From positions 10,726,001-10,790,000 of the forward strand of contig OZ024749.1 of the NCBI GenBank assembly GCA_964016885.1: a stretch of DNA of 64,000 bases, read 5' to 3'. Position numbers and translations under genes: made by a program. The notes beneath the pieces are model-generated. The model was not told the DNA's origin and made no database searches. It saw only the letters and a program-made list of their open reading frames with translations. Positions within the stretch are counted from its first letter, which is position 1; each line of letters opens with the position of its first letter. Below, piece after piece: positions 31,180-44,789 of the stretch. The stretch is from Eledone cirrhosa. Taxonomy: Eukaryota.

Positions 31180-31801
31180 TAAATACAAAGTAAAAACCTA
31201 CTACAGTCAGTAGGCATCTCTATCAAAACACACCCCCATCCCATCACCTCCACCCCATCCACACCGCCCCTTTCAATGTAAAGTTATGTTGGTCCCACAA
31301 CATCCAGGCCGAAACAAATGAGATCGTGTAGGTGTCACGACAAAAAAACACACAGTCCACGCTGTAAATGTGGCCGTGTAGGCAACACGGTAAAAACCTC
31401 CCAGCCCCACACTGTAAATGTGGTTGGTGTTAGGAAGGGCATCCAACTGTAGAAAACCCGCCAAACAGTCCACGCTGTAATGTGGCCGTGTAGGCAACAC
31501 GGTAAAAACCTCCCAGCCCCATACTGTAAATGTGGTTGGTGTTAGGAAGGGCATCCAGCTGTAGAAAACCCGCCAGACAGTCCACACTGTAATGTGGCCG
31601 TGTAGGCAACACGGTAAAAACCTCCCACTCCCACACTGTAAATGTGGTTGGTGTTAGGAAGGGCATCCAGCTGTAGAAAACCCGCCAGACAGTCCTATGC
31701 GAGCAAGACAACCACTCTTGCCTCAAGTGGGAAAACCCCCGTCCAAACCCATGCAAGCGTGGAACACGGACGCTAAACCTGATGATGATGATGATGATGA
31801 T
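31180..31801 (+). mobile_element. RTE-family full 3' UTR copy with three 112-bp units and (GAT)n tail
   Basis: Begins aaatacaaagtaaaaacctactacagtcagtaggc, i.e. right at the ORF2 stop of the copy at 52075. Preceded by a short duplicate of cagtcagtaggcatctctatc. Confidence 0.88.
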
Positions 31802-34800
31802 ATATATATATGGGATAACAAATTATCGTTATAGCTAATCCAATTAGAGGTTGTGAATACTCCATATTGTGGACAGTTTTAGCGTACAGCGTTGTTTGAC
31901 TCAACAAGAGGTTTCCTTAGGTAGCGAGTTTGTGAGTTCTCAGGAATTCCTATGTAAGTTAATCTTGGAGTAATAATAGTGAAAGAGTGGAGAATAACAT
32001 GGTCAACAGTACAAAAAGGGTTTTATTTACAGTATTTAACAATTGTTTCATTGATTAAGTTGTCTTAAAATTGCTAATCACTTGAAGTTGTGTCACTCAA
32101 TTTTAAATACAATGTATGCTTAACTAAATCATCAGAAGGACTGATTAAAATTATACACAGCGTTTGTAATATACTAGGGAAATTCAAATCACAACATCAG
32201 TAATAAAGAAAGAAAAAGACAAAAAGAAAAAGATACAGAGAAAAAGAAAGAAGAAAAAATAAAAAATAAAAAAAGATAAAGAAAAATTAAAATTAAAATA
32301 ATAAATAATAAATAAATAATAATAAATAAGTTATAATGAAGATGATAAAAAATAAATAAATTTATATGTGTGTGAAGAGAGGTGAATAATATGATTGTTG
32401 AAAATAGTTTTGACGTTGGTAGTTAAAATATAAAGATGTGATGGTATAAACATGAAAATATTAAATACATACATCCCCTTGGCCGGCTGGAAAATCCAGG
32501 CCGAAACAAATGAGATCGTGTAGGTGTCACGACAAACACACAGTCCACGCTGTAATGTGGCCGTGTAGGCAACACGGTAAAAACCTCCCAGCCCCACACT
32601 GTAAATGTGGTTGGTGTTAGGAAGGGCATCCAGCTGTAGAAAACCTGCCAGACAGTCCACGCTGTAATGTGGCCATGTAGGTAACATGGTAAAAACCTCC
32701 CAGCCCCACACTGTAAATGTGGTTGGTGTTAGGAAGGGCATCCAGCTGTAGAAAACCTGCCAGACAGTCCACGCTGTAATGTGGCCGTGTAGGCAACACG
32801 GTAAAAACCTCCCAGCCCCACACTGTAAATGTGGTTGGTGTTAGGAAGGGCATCCAGCTGTAGAAAACCTGCCAGACAGTCCACGCTGTAATGTGGCCAT
32901 GTAGGTAACACGGTAAAAACCTCCCAGCCCCACACTGTAAATGTGGTTGGTGTTAGGAAGGGCATCCAACTGTAGAAAACCTGCCAGATAGTCCACGCTG
33001 TAATGTGGCCGTGTAGGTAACACGGTAAAAACCTCCCAGCCCCACACTGTAAATGTGGTTGGTGTTAGGAAGGGCATCCAGCTGTAGAAAACCTGCCAGA
33101 CAGTCCACGCTGTAATGTGGCCATGTAGGTAACACGGTAAAAACCTCCCAGCCCCACACTGTAAATGTGGTTGGTGTTAGGAAGGGCATCCAGCTGTAGA
33201 AAACCTGCCAGACAGTCCACGCTGTAATGTGGCCGTGTAGGCAACACGGTAAAAACCTCCCAGCCCCACACTGTAAATGTGGTTGGTGTTAGGAAGGGCA
33301 TCCAACTGTAGAAAACCCGCCAAACAGTCCACGCTGTAATGTGGCCGTGTAGGCAACACGGTAAAAACCTCCCAGCCCCATACTGTAAATGTGGTTGGTG
33401 TTAGGAAGGGCATCCAGCTGTAGAAAACCCGCCAGACAGTCCACACTGTAATGTGGCCGTGTAGGCAACACGGTAAAAACCTCCCACTCCCACACTGTAA
33501 ATGTGGTTGGTGTTAGGAAGGGCATCCAGCTGTAGAAAACCCGCCAGACAGTCCTATGCGAGCAAGACAACCACTCTTGCCTCAAGTGGGAAAACCCCCG
33601 TCCAAACCCATGCAAGCGTGGAACACGGACGCTAAACCTGATGATGATGATGATGATGATATATATATATGGGATAACAAATTATCGTTATAGCTAATCC
33701 AATTAGAGGTTGTGAATACTCCATATTGTGGACAGTTTTAGCGTACAGCGTTGTTTGACTCAACAAGAGGTTTCCTTAGGTAGCGAGTTTGTGAGTTCTC
33801 AGGAATTCCTATGTAAGTTAATCTTGGAGTAATAATAGTGAAAGAGTGGAGAATAACATGGTCAACAGTACAAAAAGGGTTTTATTTACAGTATTTAACA
33901 ATTGTTTCATTGATTAAGTTGTCTTAAAATTGCTAATCACTTGAAGTTGTGTCACTCAATTTTAAATACAATGTATGCTTAACTAAATCATCAGAAGGAC
34001 TGATTAAAATTATACACAGCGTTTGTAATATACTAGGGAAATTCAAATCACAACATCAGTAATAAAGAAAGAAAAAGACAAAAAGAAAAAGATACAGAGA
34101 AAAAGAAAGAAGAAAAAATAAAAAATAAAAAAAGATAAAGAAAAATTAAAATTAAAATAATAAATAATAAATAAATAATAATAAATAAGTTATAATGAAG
34201 ATGATAAAAAATAAATAAATTTATATGTGTGTGAAGAGAGGTGAATAATATGATTGTTGAAAATAGTTTTGACGTTGGTAGTTAAAATATAAAGATGTGA
34301 TGGTATAAACATGAAAATATTAAATACATACATCCCCTTGGCCGGCTGGAAAATCCAGGCCGAAACAAATGAGATCGTGTAGGTGTCACGACAAACACAC
34401 AGTCCACGCTGTAATGTGGCCGTGTAGGCAACACGGTAAAAACCTCCCAGCCCCACACTGTAAATGTGGTTGGTGTTAGGAAGGGCATCCAGCTGTAGAA
34501 AACCTGCCAGACAGTCCACGCTGTAATGTGGCCATGTAGGTAACATGGTAAAAACCTCCCAGCCCCACACTGTAAATGTGGTTGGTGTTAGGAAGGGCAT
34601 CCAGCTGTAGAAAACCTGCCAGACAGTCCACGCTGTAATGTGGCCGTGTAGGCAACACGGTAAAAACCTCCCAGCCCCACACTGTAAATGTGGTTGGTGT
34701 TAGGAAGGGCATCCAGCTGTAGAAAACCTGCCAGACAGTCCACGCTGTAATGTGGCCATGTAGGTAACACGGTAAAAACCTCCCAGCCCCACACTGTAAA

Positions 34801-35087
34801 TGTGGTTGGTGTTAGGAAGGGCATCCAACTGTAGAAAACCTGCCAGATAGTCCACGCTGTAATGTGGCCGTGTAGGTAACACGGTAAAAACCTCCCAGCC
34901 CCACACTGTAAATGTGGTTGGTGTTAGGAAGGGCATCCAGCTGTAGAAAACCTGCCAGACAGTCCACGCTGTAATGTGGCCATGTAGGTAACACGGTAAA
35001 AACCTCCCAGCCCCACACTGTAAATGTGGTTGGTGTTAGGAAGGGCATCCAGCTGTAGAAAACCTGCCAGACAGTCCACGCTGTAAT
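31370..35087. repeat. Tandem segmental duplication, period 1,859 bp
   Basis: 31801-32500 recurs at 33660-34359. ORF pairs 31430/33289 and 32331/34190 are identical and offset by 1,859. Confidence 0.95.
32494..33660 (+). mobile_element. Chimeric RTE 3' UTR copy with ~9 tandem 112-bp units
   Basis: Head matches the 34353 copy. Tail (gacaaccact, gacgctaaacct) matches the 31180 copy. Confidence 0.88.
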
Positions 35088-36526
35088 GTGGCCGTGTAGG
35101 CAACACGGTAAAAACCTCCCAGCCCCACACTGTAAATGTGGTTGGTGTTAGGAAGGGCATCCAGCTGTAGAAAACCTGCCAGACAGTCCACGCTGTAATG
35201 TGGCCATGTAGGTAACACGGTAAAAACCTCCCAGCCCCACACTGTAAATATGGTTGGTGTTAGGAAGGGCATCCAACTGTAGAAAACCTGCCAGATAGTC
35301 CACGCTGTAATGTGGCCGTGTAGGTAACACGGTAAAAACCTCCCAGCCCCACACTGTAAATGTGGTTGGTGTTAGGAAGGGCATCCAGCTGTAGAAAACC
35401 TGCCAGACAGTCCACGCTGTAATGTGGCCATGTAGGTAACACGGTAAAAACCTCCCAGCCCCACACTGTAAATGTGGTTGGTGTTAGGAAGGGCATCCAG
35501 CTGTAGAAAACCTGCCAGACAGTCCATGCTGTAATGTGGCCATGTAGGTAACACGGTAAAAACCTCCCAGCCCCACACTGTAAATGTGGTTGGTGTTAGG
35601 AAGGGCATCCAGCTGTAGAAAACCTGCCAGACAGTCCACGCTGTAATGTGGCCATGTAGGTAACACGGTAAAAACCTCCCAGCCCCACACTGTAAATGTG
35701 GTTGGTGTTAGGAAGGGCATCCAACTGTAGAAAACCTGCCAGATAGTCCACGCTGTAATGTGGCCGTGTAGGTAACACGGTAAAAACCTCCCAGCCCCAC
35801 ACTGTAAATGTGGTTGGTGTTAGGAAGGGCATCCAGCTGTAGAAAACCTGCCAGACAGTCCACGCTGTAATGTGGCCATGTAGGTAACACGGTAAAAACC
35901 TCCCAGCCCCACACTGTAAATGTGGTTGGTGTTAGGAAGGGCATCCAGCTGTAGAAAACCTGCCAGACAGTCCACGCTGTAATGTGGCCGTGTAGGCAAC
36001 ACGGTAAAAACCTCCCAGCCCCACACTGTAAATGTGGTTGGTGTTAGGAAGGGCATCCAGCTGTAGAAAACCTGCCAGACAGTCCACGCTGTAATGTGGC
36101 CATGTAGGTAACACGGTAAAAACCTCCCAGCCCCACACTGTAAATGTGGTTGGTGTTAGGAAGGGCATCCAGCTGTAGAAAACCTGCCAGACAGTCCACG
36201 CTGTAATGTGGCCATGTAGGTAACACGGTAAAAACCTCCCAGCCCCACACTGTAAATGTGGTTGGTGTTAGGAAGGGCATCCAGCTGTAGAAAACCTGCC
36301 AGACAGTCCACGCTGTAATGTGGCCATGTAGGTAACACGGTAAAAACCTCCCAGCCCCACACTGTAAATGTGGTTGGTGTTAGGAAGGGCATCCAGCTGT
36401 AGAAAACCCGCCAGACAGTCCTATGCGAGCAAGACAATCACTCTTGCCTCAAGTGGGAAAACCCCCGTCCAAACCCATGCAAGCGTGGAACACGGACGTT
36501 AAACGTTGATGATGATGATGATGATG
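34353..36526 (+). mobile_element. RTE 3' UTR copy with ~18 tandem 112-bp units (34403-36420) and (GAT)n tail
   Basis: Exact 112-bp period seen in the ORF track. The retroelement head and tail flank the array. Confidence 0.92.
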
Positions 36527-36689
36527 TATTAGTTAAATTAATAAATTAATAGATTGGAAGTTATGTTAGAAGTGAAGAGAATACGTAGGATATAATGTAA
36601 GAGGTGAAATATATTTAGGGAAAGAAAGTGAAAGAGAGAAAAGTTAGGAGGTTATGATGTTGATTCATTGATTAGTTGACAGTTAATAA

Positions 36690-36820
36690 TAATAATTGTT
36701 TCTACTTTAGGCACAAGGCCAGCAATTACCCAGTGCATTACTGGTACTTTATTTTATCGACCCCGTAAGGATGAAAGGCAAAGTCACCCTCGGCAGGATT
36801 TGAACTCAGATCGTAAAGGG
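36690..36820 (-). mobile_element. Truncated tRNA-derived SINE (same family as 49965-50150)
   Basis: Minus strand has B-box gagttcaaatcc, core gcctttcatccttacggggtcgataaa and an (ATT)n tail. Confidence 0.85.
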
Positions 36821-36854
36821 TTAATAATAATAATAATGGGTTATTATAATTGAC

Positions 36855-37064
36855 TCAGGTGGTACAATTTGAATTACGGAATTGTTGGGTCGAATCAAGT
36901 TGGTTTGAAATTAACGAATTTAGTAGCTGTTTATGCCTACAGAAAATTGACCGTTTAATTTTGCTGTTAAGCAGCATTTTGTCATATTTTAAAATATGGA
37001 GCAACTCCATATTGCAAAGTCCACAGTAGGACATTCCATTTTTGTAGGCCTTTGCCTCTGACAA
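36855..37064 (-). mobile_element. Penelope-like element GIY-YIG endonuclease C-terminal remnant
   Basis: AKAYKNGMSYCGLCNMELLHIL..LLNSK..CRHK matches the CxLC..LLN..CRH C-terminus of PLE endonucleases. Confidence 0.7.
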
Positions 37065-37199
37065 TTTCGACCTAGAAAGATCAAGTCCAACTACCTTGAG
37101 GGATTGACCCTGAGATTTGTTAATTGAAATAACAAAACTTTGACTGGTAACTGAAGCCTCTTAAATTCGACCTCACACACATATACTTGTCAGTCATCA

Positions 37200-37560
37200 C
37201 ATATGTATGTGTGTGTGTTTAATTCTCTGTGTATCTGATTAAATATTTACATGAAGATGTATGTGTATGTAATAAGGCCTAATGTATGTAACAAACGCGC
37301 AAACACACACTCACAGATACATAGACACTCATATACAAAATATAACATCGTCGTCGTGATATAAAATGCTGTTTACTTAAAGTCTATAGTAGAATATTTT
37401 AAATAAAATGTTATATTATTTTAATCTAAATGAAAATAAAAATTACATGTTGTTAATCTCGGGGTCTAATACTATTACTTTATAAAATTTGATTTGATTT
37501 AGTCAAGCCATTTGAAAATTCATAGGAACAGACAGACAGAGAGACAGAATTTTATATAGA
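37200..37560 (-). mobile_element. Helitron-like fragment related to 30117-30982
   Basis: atttgatttgatttagtcaagccatttgaaaattcataggaacagacag is near reverse-complementary to ~30140-30190. Confidence 0.75.
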
Positions 37561-38244
37561 GAGAGATAGATAGAGGAAGAGCCATATACTATACAAGAAA
37601 TACAGTATATTGTATATATACCAAATACATATTCTATAGAAGAATATGTACACAGGTGGAATTATAAGTGAAACCTTATAGCGCTATTTCATACCTGAAG
37701 AGTGTGGCTAAAAATCAATCTATGTTATCAATCACCAAAAAATTCAATCAAGATAATCGATCATTAAAGAGAAACTATCGATTATGATTAAAATACATGT
37801 GACTCAGGTACTCAATGGAGGTTTAGTCTCACCATTCTAAGGGAAATGTTGAATGAAGATGGTAAATAAATCAATATACTTATGAATATCTCTCTATATA
37901 TATACATATATATTTTCATTTGGTTATTATGGCTGTACATAAACTCTATTGAGCTTGCTTATTGATAAACACAAACTTTACATAGATATCTCTTCTTAAT
38001 GAATATATTAGTTGAGTCCAATGTGAAGATGATGTGTTAACAGCAGTTTATTTGTTCAGGTAAAAAACAACAGTATTAAACAAGTCAAACAACCTTAATT
38101 GCAACATTCTTTTAAGCTAACGTTGGATGAAAGAGTTGAGAAATAGGTTTAGTAAATCATAGAAAACAAAAATATTGCTTTTAATTTATTTATATATTTG
38201 CATTATGTTCTTTTCTTTTGTAATAAAAATTCTAGAAGAGTGTC

Positions 38245-39755
38245 GGTTTAACTTCTCTGGTAAGACAAGTGTGGTGGGTTTCTCTGTTAAGACAGGTGGG
38301 GTGGGCTTGTCTGGTAAGACAGGTGTGGTGGGTTTCTCTGGTAAGACAGGTGGGGTGGGTTTCTCTGTTAAGACAGGTGTGGTGGGTTTCTCTGTTAAGA
38401 CAGGTGGGGTGGGTTTCTCTGGTAAGACAGGTGGGGTGGGTTTCTCTGTTAAGACAGGTGGGGTGGGTTTCTCTGTTAAGACAGGTGTGGTGGGTTTCTC
38501 TGGTAAGACAGGTGGGGTGGGTTTCTCTGGTAAGACAGGTGGGGTGGGTTTCTCTGGTAAGACAGGTGGGGTGGCTTTAACCTCTCTGGTAAGACAGGTG
38601 GGGTGTGTTTCTCTGGTAAGACAGGTGGGGTGGGTTTCTCTGTTAAGACAGGTGGGGTGGGTTTCTCTGTTAAGACAGGTAGGGTGGGTTTCTCTGGTAA
38701 GACAGGTGGGGTGGGTTTCTCTGGTAAGACAGGTGGGGTGGCTTTAACCTCTCTGGTAAGACAGGTGTGGTGGGTTTCTCTGGTAAGACAGGTGGGGTGG
38801 GTTTCTCTGGTAAGACAGGTGGGGTGGGTTTCTCTGGTAAGACAGGTGGGGTGGCTTTAACCTCTCTGGTAAGACAGGTGGGGTGTGTTTCTCTGGTAAG
38901 ACAGGTGGGGTGGGTTTCTCTGTTAAGACAGGTGGGGTGGGTTTCTCTGTTAAGACAGGTAGGGTGGGTTTCTCTGGTAAGACAGGTGGGGTGGGTTTCT
39001 CTGGTAAGACAGGTGGGGTGGCTTTAACCTCTCTGGTAAGACAGGTGTGGTGGGTTTCTCTGGTAAGACAGGTGGGGTGGGTTTCTCTGTTAAGACAGGT
39101 GGGGTGGCTTTAACCTCTCTGGTAAGACAGGTGTGGTGGGTTTCTCTGGTAAGACAGGTGGGGTGGGTTTCTCTGTTAAGAGATGTGGGGTGGGTTGTTT
39201 CTGGTAAGACAGGTGGGGTGGGTTTAACTTCTCTGGTAAGAGATGTAGGGTGGGTTGTTTCTGGTAAGACAGGTGTGGTGGGGTTAACTTATCTGGTAAG
39301 ACAGATGGGATGGGTTTCTCTGGTAAGGTAGGTGGGGTGGGTTTCTCTGGTAAGACAGGTGGGTGGGTTTCTCTTCTCTGGTAAGACAGGTGGGTTGGGT
39401 TTACCTTCTCAGGTGAGGCATGTGTGGTGGGTTTAACTCCACTAGTAAGACAGGTGTGATGGGTTTCTCTGCTAAGACAGGTGTGGTGGGTTTAACTTCT
39501 CGAGTAAGACAGTTGTGGTGGGTGTAAATTCTCTGGTAAGAGTGGTGTGGTGGGTTTACCTTCTCTGGTAAGACAGGTGTGATGGGTTTAACTTATCTGG
39601 TAAGACAGGTATGGTGGGTTTCTCTGGAAAGACAGGTGTGGTGGGTTTCTCTGGTAAGACAGGTGTGGTGGGTTTACCATCTCTGGTAAGACAGGTGTGG
39701 TGGGTTTAACTTATCTGGTAAGACAAGTGTGGTGGGTTTCTCTAGTAAGCCAGGT
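38245..39755. repeat. 27-bp G-rich minisatellite GGTAAGACAGGTGGGGTGGGTTTCTCT (32-bp variants with TTAAC)
   Basis: About 50 units. A 280-bp higher-order block is repeated (38603 vs 38883), and the array degenerates toward the right. Confidence 0.96.
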
Positions 39756-40192
39756 GTTGTTCTGTGGGCTTATTGTTTTATTTTTCTCTTTTAAAGTAAA
39801 TTTTCTTTTCAAACCTATTTCTTTGGACCAATGGAGCCATGCATGGTGTTGTACGGTTTAGAAGAGCTACACATACACTGTATCCCTGCATGTTGTTAAG
39901 GTGTGAGTAAAAGGGTTGGCCCCATGAAGGATATCTGGATGTAAAATGTAGGACTATATAATGAGGGGAGGCCTGTTATGAGGGTTGCAAAGAAATCATT
40001 ATCATCATTATAACCCTCCTCCTCATTCTCATTTTATGTCTGCTTTTCCACGCATGGGTTGAACGGGTCCTTTCCAGCTCAGTATCTCTCCTCTCATCCC
40101 ATTTCTCTATCATCTCCTCTGTCAGTAAATTATACAAAATTAAAGTATTGCTTTTGATTTTCTTTTTTACAATAAAAATTGTTTGATCAGGT

Positions 40193-41027
40193 CCACCACC
40201 ACCACCACCACCACCACCACCACCACCACCACCATGTTTATCTTGTACACCACCACCACCACCACCACCACCATGTTTATCTTGTACACCACCACCACCA
40301 CCACCACCACCACCATGTTTATCTTGTACACCACCACCACCACCACCACCACCACCATCACCATGACGACCACCACCACCACCAGCCACCACCACCACCA
40401 CCATCACCACCACCACCACCACCACCACCACCAGCCACCACCACCACCACCACCACCACCACCCACCACCAGCCACCACCACCACCATCACCACCACCCA
40501 CCACCACCAAGCACCACCACCACCACCACCAGCCACCACCAGCCACCACCACCACCACCAGCCACCACCACCACCACCACCCACCACCACCACCACCACC
40601 ACCATCACCACCACCACCACCACCACCACCCACCACCAGCCACCACCACCACCATCACCACCCACCACCACCATCACCACCACCACCACCACCACCACCA
40701 CCACCACCAGCCACCACCACCACCACCACATCCACCACCCACCACCAGCCACCACCACCACCATCACCACCACCCATCACCACCATCACCACCAGCCACC
40801 ATCACCACCACCACCACCACCACCACCACCAGCCACCACCACCACCACCACCACGCACCACCACCACCACCCACCACCAGCCACCACCACCACCCACCAC
40901 CACCACCACCACCACCACCACCATCACCACCAGCCACCACCCACCACCACCACCACCACCACCACCATCACCACCAGCCACCACCACCACCCACCACCAC
41001 CACCACCAGCCACCACCATCACCACCA

Positions 41028-41063
<36 letters not shown>

Positions 41064-41940
41064 CAGCCACCACCACCACCATCACCACCACCAAGCACCA
41101 CCATCACCACCACCACCACCACCACCACCACCAGCCACCACCACCCACCACCACCACCAGCCACCACCATCACCACCAGCCACCACCACCACCACCACCA
41201 CCACCACCACCACCACCACCACCACCACCACCACCACCACCATCACCACCACCACCACCACCACCCACCACCACCATCACCACCACCACCACCACCACCA
41301 CCCACCACCAGCCACCACCACCATCACCACCACCACCAGCCACCACCATCACCACCAGCCACCATCACCACCACCACCACCACCACCACCACCAGCCACC
41401 ACCACCACCACCACCACGCACCACCACCACCACCCACCACCAGCCACCACCACCACCCACCACCACCACCACCACCACCACCAGCCACCACCATCACCAC
41501 CACCACCACCACCACCACCACCACCACCACCACCACCACCACCCACCCCCACCACCACCACCACCACCACCATCACCACCACCACCACCACCACCACCAC
41601 CACCCACCACCACCACCACCACCAGCCACCACCACCACCACCACCACCACCACCACCAGCCACCACCACCACCACCACCACCACCACCACCAGCCACCAC
41701 CATCACCACCACCACCAGGCACCACCACCACCACCACCACCACCACCACCCACCACCACCACCACCAGCCACCACCACCACCCACCACCACCATCACCAC
41801 TAGCCACTGCCACCACCAGCCACCACCACCATCACCACCCACCACCATCACCATCACCACCACCATCACCATCACCACCACCCACCACCGACCACCCACC
41901 ACCCACCACCACCACCATCACCAGCCACCACCACCACCAC
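40193..41940. repeat. (CAC)n microsatellite with CAG/CAT interruptions
   Basis: Direct inspection. Three copies of atgtttatcttgta are embedded at the left end. Confidence 0.97.
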
Positions 41941-43438
41941 ATACAAGAATTTTAAGGTCATTTCCCCTGTTATTGCAAGGGTTAACCTTACAGCCTTTAT
42001 GATGGATTTTATTTTATTTTATTCCTTGAAAATAGTTCCAGTTGTTGGACTGTGGCCATGCTGGAGCACTTCCTTGAAGTTTCTTCTTTTTTTTTTTCAG
42101 TTTTGTTGATGCTCTATAGATGGACGTTGGTCTATAATTGTGTTTGCAGTAGCTGATTTTCCTAGAGTGTATGTACCCGTGAATATTTGGCTGGTCCAGA
42201 AGAAATACCACAAAGCAGTTTGTTTGATGCTCTACCAATATGGCCAATCTACCACCCTTATATAATTACATCAATACCCTACCTCCACTCAGCTACTTCT
42301 TCTGACTCTCCTACTCTAATCCCTCATGTTATGTCCCACCCACTAGCCACTTTACCCAATCCTTCTTTCCCCAGAATGGCATCCCTCTGACAAAAAATAC
42401 AAACTACTACTACTGCTACTTGCATTAGTATCAAGTAGAGGCAGCTATATATTATATCAATATTAAATACATGTTAGTATATTACATCAATGTTGAATTC
42501 AGGTTAGTGCTTTACATCAATAACAAATATGTTGATAAAATATAACAATGTCAGCTCCAAATCAATATAGAATACCATCTTCAAGTCAATAATATTATGG
42601 AAATATCGTCTATAATTGAATATGCTGCGTCAAAACTGATGCTATGAAAGGATTCATTGTTTAATTAAATACTTTACATCATTTCAACATTTTGAGTTCA
42701 AAACCTGCTTGGACCACTACAAGGTTTTGCTGTTCGATGTGGGGGGAGGGGTTCCAGAACACTGTGGGTGGGCACCCTAAAGCACGATAATTCTCGGGAG
42801 GAGTTTTAGAATAAAACCATGGCAAAGTTTTCCAAATTTGAGGGTGTATCATTGTAAAGTAGGTGTGGCAATACCATCCAATACTATCCTGTGTCCATTT
42901 TCAAGTGTTCCTATTCAAATTAAAATATTCCAACATAATTTTATACAGGAACCAAATCTTAAGTTACTATCTTAACTATAATAAAGAGAGGAGCGCAGGA
43001 CTGTGTCCAGAATATATTTTTTTTATTCCCGTTTGTAAAATAAGTTGGATTACTTTGAATAAATAATGAATGAATATTACATAATTTATGTACTAAATTT
43101 TGTAACTCTTGATTAAATATAAATAATTTTATTGCTTATTTTAAGATTCACTTTTTTTAAATTTTCAAATGTCAACACCTCCGGTTAGCGCCTGTTATAT
43201 TATAACATTTATTACATCGCTTTTATAAACATTCATATATTTCCATCGCTAATTTTCTCCTAATGCAGTTTATATAAAATCGTCTTTTTTTAATGTATCA
43301 TGGATTACTTTACTGATTACAGAAGACAGTGCAACGCAGACTTCATTCAATTTCTGTGCATGTTGTCAATTATGATGTCATTTGATATATCATATGTATA
43401 TATATTTGCATATAAATTCAATATGCACACTACACATG

Positions 43439-43476
43439 CTAGCAGAAAACCACCCGAAGGGTGGGTTTTCTGCTAG
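43439..43476 (+). other. Near-perfect hairpin ending in CTAG|T, probable Helitron 3' terminus
   Basis: ctagcagaaaaccaccc-gaa-gggtgggttttctgctag. Confidence 0.6.
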
Positions 43477-43529
43477 TGTTAGTCATAAAGTAATTAATAA
43501 ATTTAGTAAATACCTCAAAATTCTTCATT

Positions 43530-43835
43530 AATCATCATTTTACGTCTGCTTTTCCCTGCTTACAAGGGTGGGACGGGAACTGATTCTGGCTTGATTTCTA
43601 CAGCTGGATGCCCTTCCCAACACCAACCTCATTTGCAGTGAGTGCTGAGTGCTTTTTTTCCATGGCGCCTACACGTCCACTTTACAGTGAGTGCTGGGTG
43701 CTTTTTTTGCCGTGGCACCTCCACGACCACTTTGCAGTGGAATGATAGGGACACCAGTCCTATCATCTCATTTCTACAGCTGAGTAAACTGGAGCAATGT
43801 AAAATAAAGTGTCTTGCTCAAGGAAACAACACATT
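43530..43835 (-). mobile_element. 5'-truncated SINE (family of 44417-44755) with an extra A-type subunit
   Basis: High similarity to ~44430-44675. Confidence 0.88.
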
Positions 43836-44416
43836 AATTAATTGAAATAGAATGTATCACATTAGAAATATGGTCATGAAATGGTTAAAGTGTTCCTCTC
43901 ACTCCTCTTCCAACCTCCTCACCCACTTGTTTCTCTGCTTTTCCCTCTCCATCCCCTCTTCTCTTGTGCCTCCCCACCCCCTCATCATAAATATAGAAAT
44001 AGGTCCTCACATCTGTTTAAACATAACAGTTAAAATATTTATCTATTTAACTGCTGTGCTGTGATTTTACTGCTTTGTCACAAATCCTCTGAAGAAGTAA
44101 TTATTGCCCTGCTGAATAATTCAACCAAAGTCATTCCACTCTCCAGAAACTTAAAACAGAACAGAAGATGATACTAATAATATTAATAATAATAATATAT
44201 ATCTATTTTTCTTTTGTAAGGTTTCTCTAGCAATCAGTTGCTAGGTGTAGCATGTTAATTGGCCTCAGATCAATCGCTGATCTCAGATACTTAATATATC
44301 ATGTAGGCTTCTGGCAGTGCTATTGATGGTAGAAATTTGGGCAATGCCTATGGAGTCAGGGATCACAAGGATTTTAATGAAAGATGTTTAGGAACCATGC
44401 CTAACACTCCGTTGAC

Positions 44417-44755
44417 ATCATCATCATCATCATCATTTTACGTCTGCTTTTCCCTGCTTACAAGGGTGGGACGGGAACTGATTCTGGCTTGATTTCTACA
44501 GCTGGATGCCCTTCCTAACACCAACCTCATTTACAGTGAGTGCTGGGTGCTTTTTTGCACCTCCACGACCACTTTGCAGTGGAATGATAGGGACCCCAGT
44601 CCCTATCATCTCATTTCTACAGCTGAGTAAACTGGAGCAATGTGAAATAAAGTGTCTTGCTCAAGGAAACAACACATCACCTGGTCTGAGAATTGAACTC
44701 ACAACTTTTCGATTGCAAGCCCAATGCTCTAACCACTATGCCATGTGCCTCCACA
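44417..44755 (-). mobile_element. Full-length tRNA-derived SINE with RTE-type cassette and (GAT)n tail
   Basis: Minus strand: A-box tggcatagtgg, B-box gagttcaattc, core tgttgtttccttgagcaagacacttta, then aggaagggcatccagctgtagaaa and a (tga)n tail. Confidence 0.9.
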
Positions 44756-44789
44756 TAACAATTGGCACACATTCTGTCTCTACATGGCG

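Noticed and set aside
32544-36420. CRISPR-like appearance of the 112-bp arrays (also the 48- and 60-bp arrays)
   Set aside because: There are no unique spacers and no cas genes. Whole units repeat, and the context is eukaryotic.
40179-42002. Poly-His/Pro/Thr ORFs
   Set aside because: (CAC)n microsatellite with frame-shifting interruptions.
44085-44155. Additional hammerhead (CTGAAGA..GAAAC)
   Set aside because: No convincing stems or cleavage triplet.
44680-44755. tRNA gene
   Set aside because: A and B boxes continue into a SINE body and tail, and no complete cloverleaf is evident.
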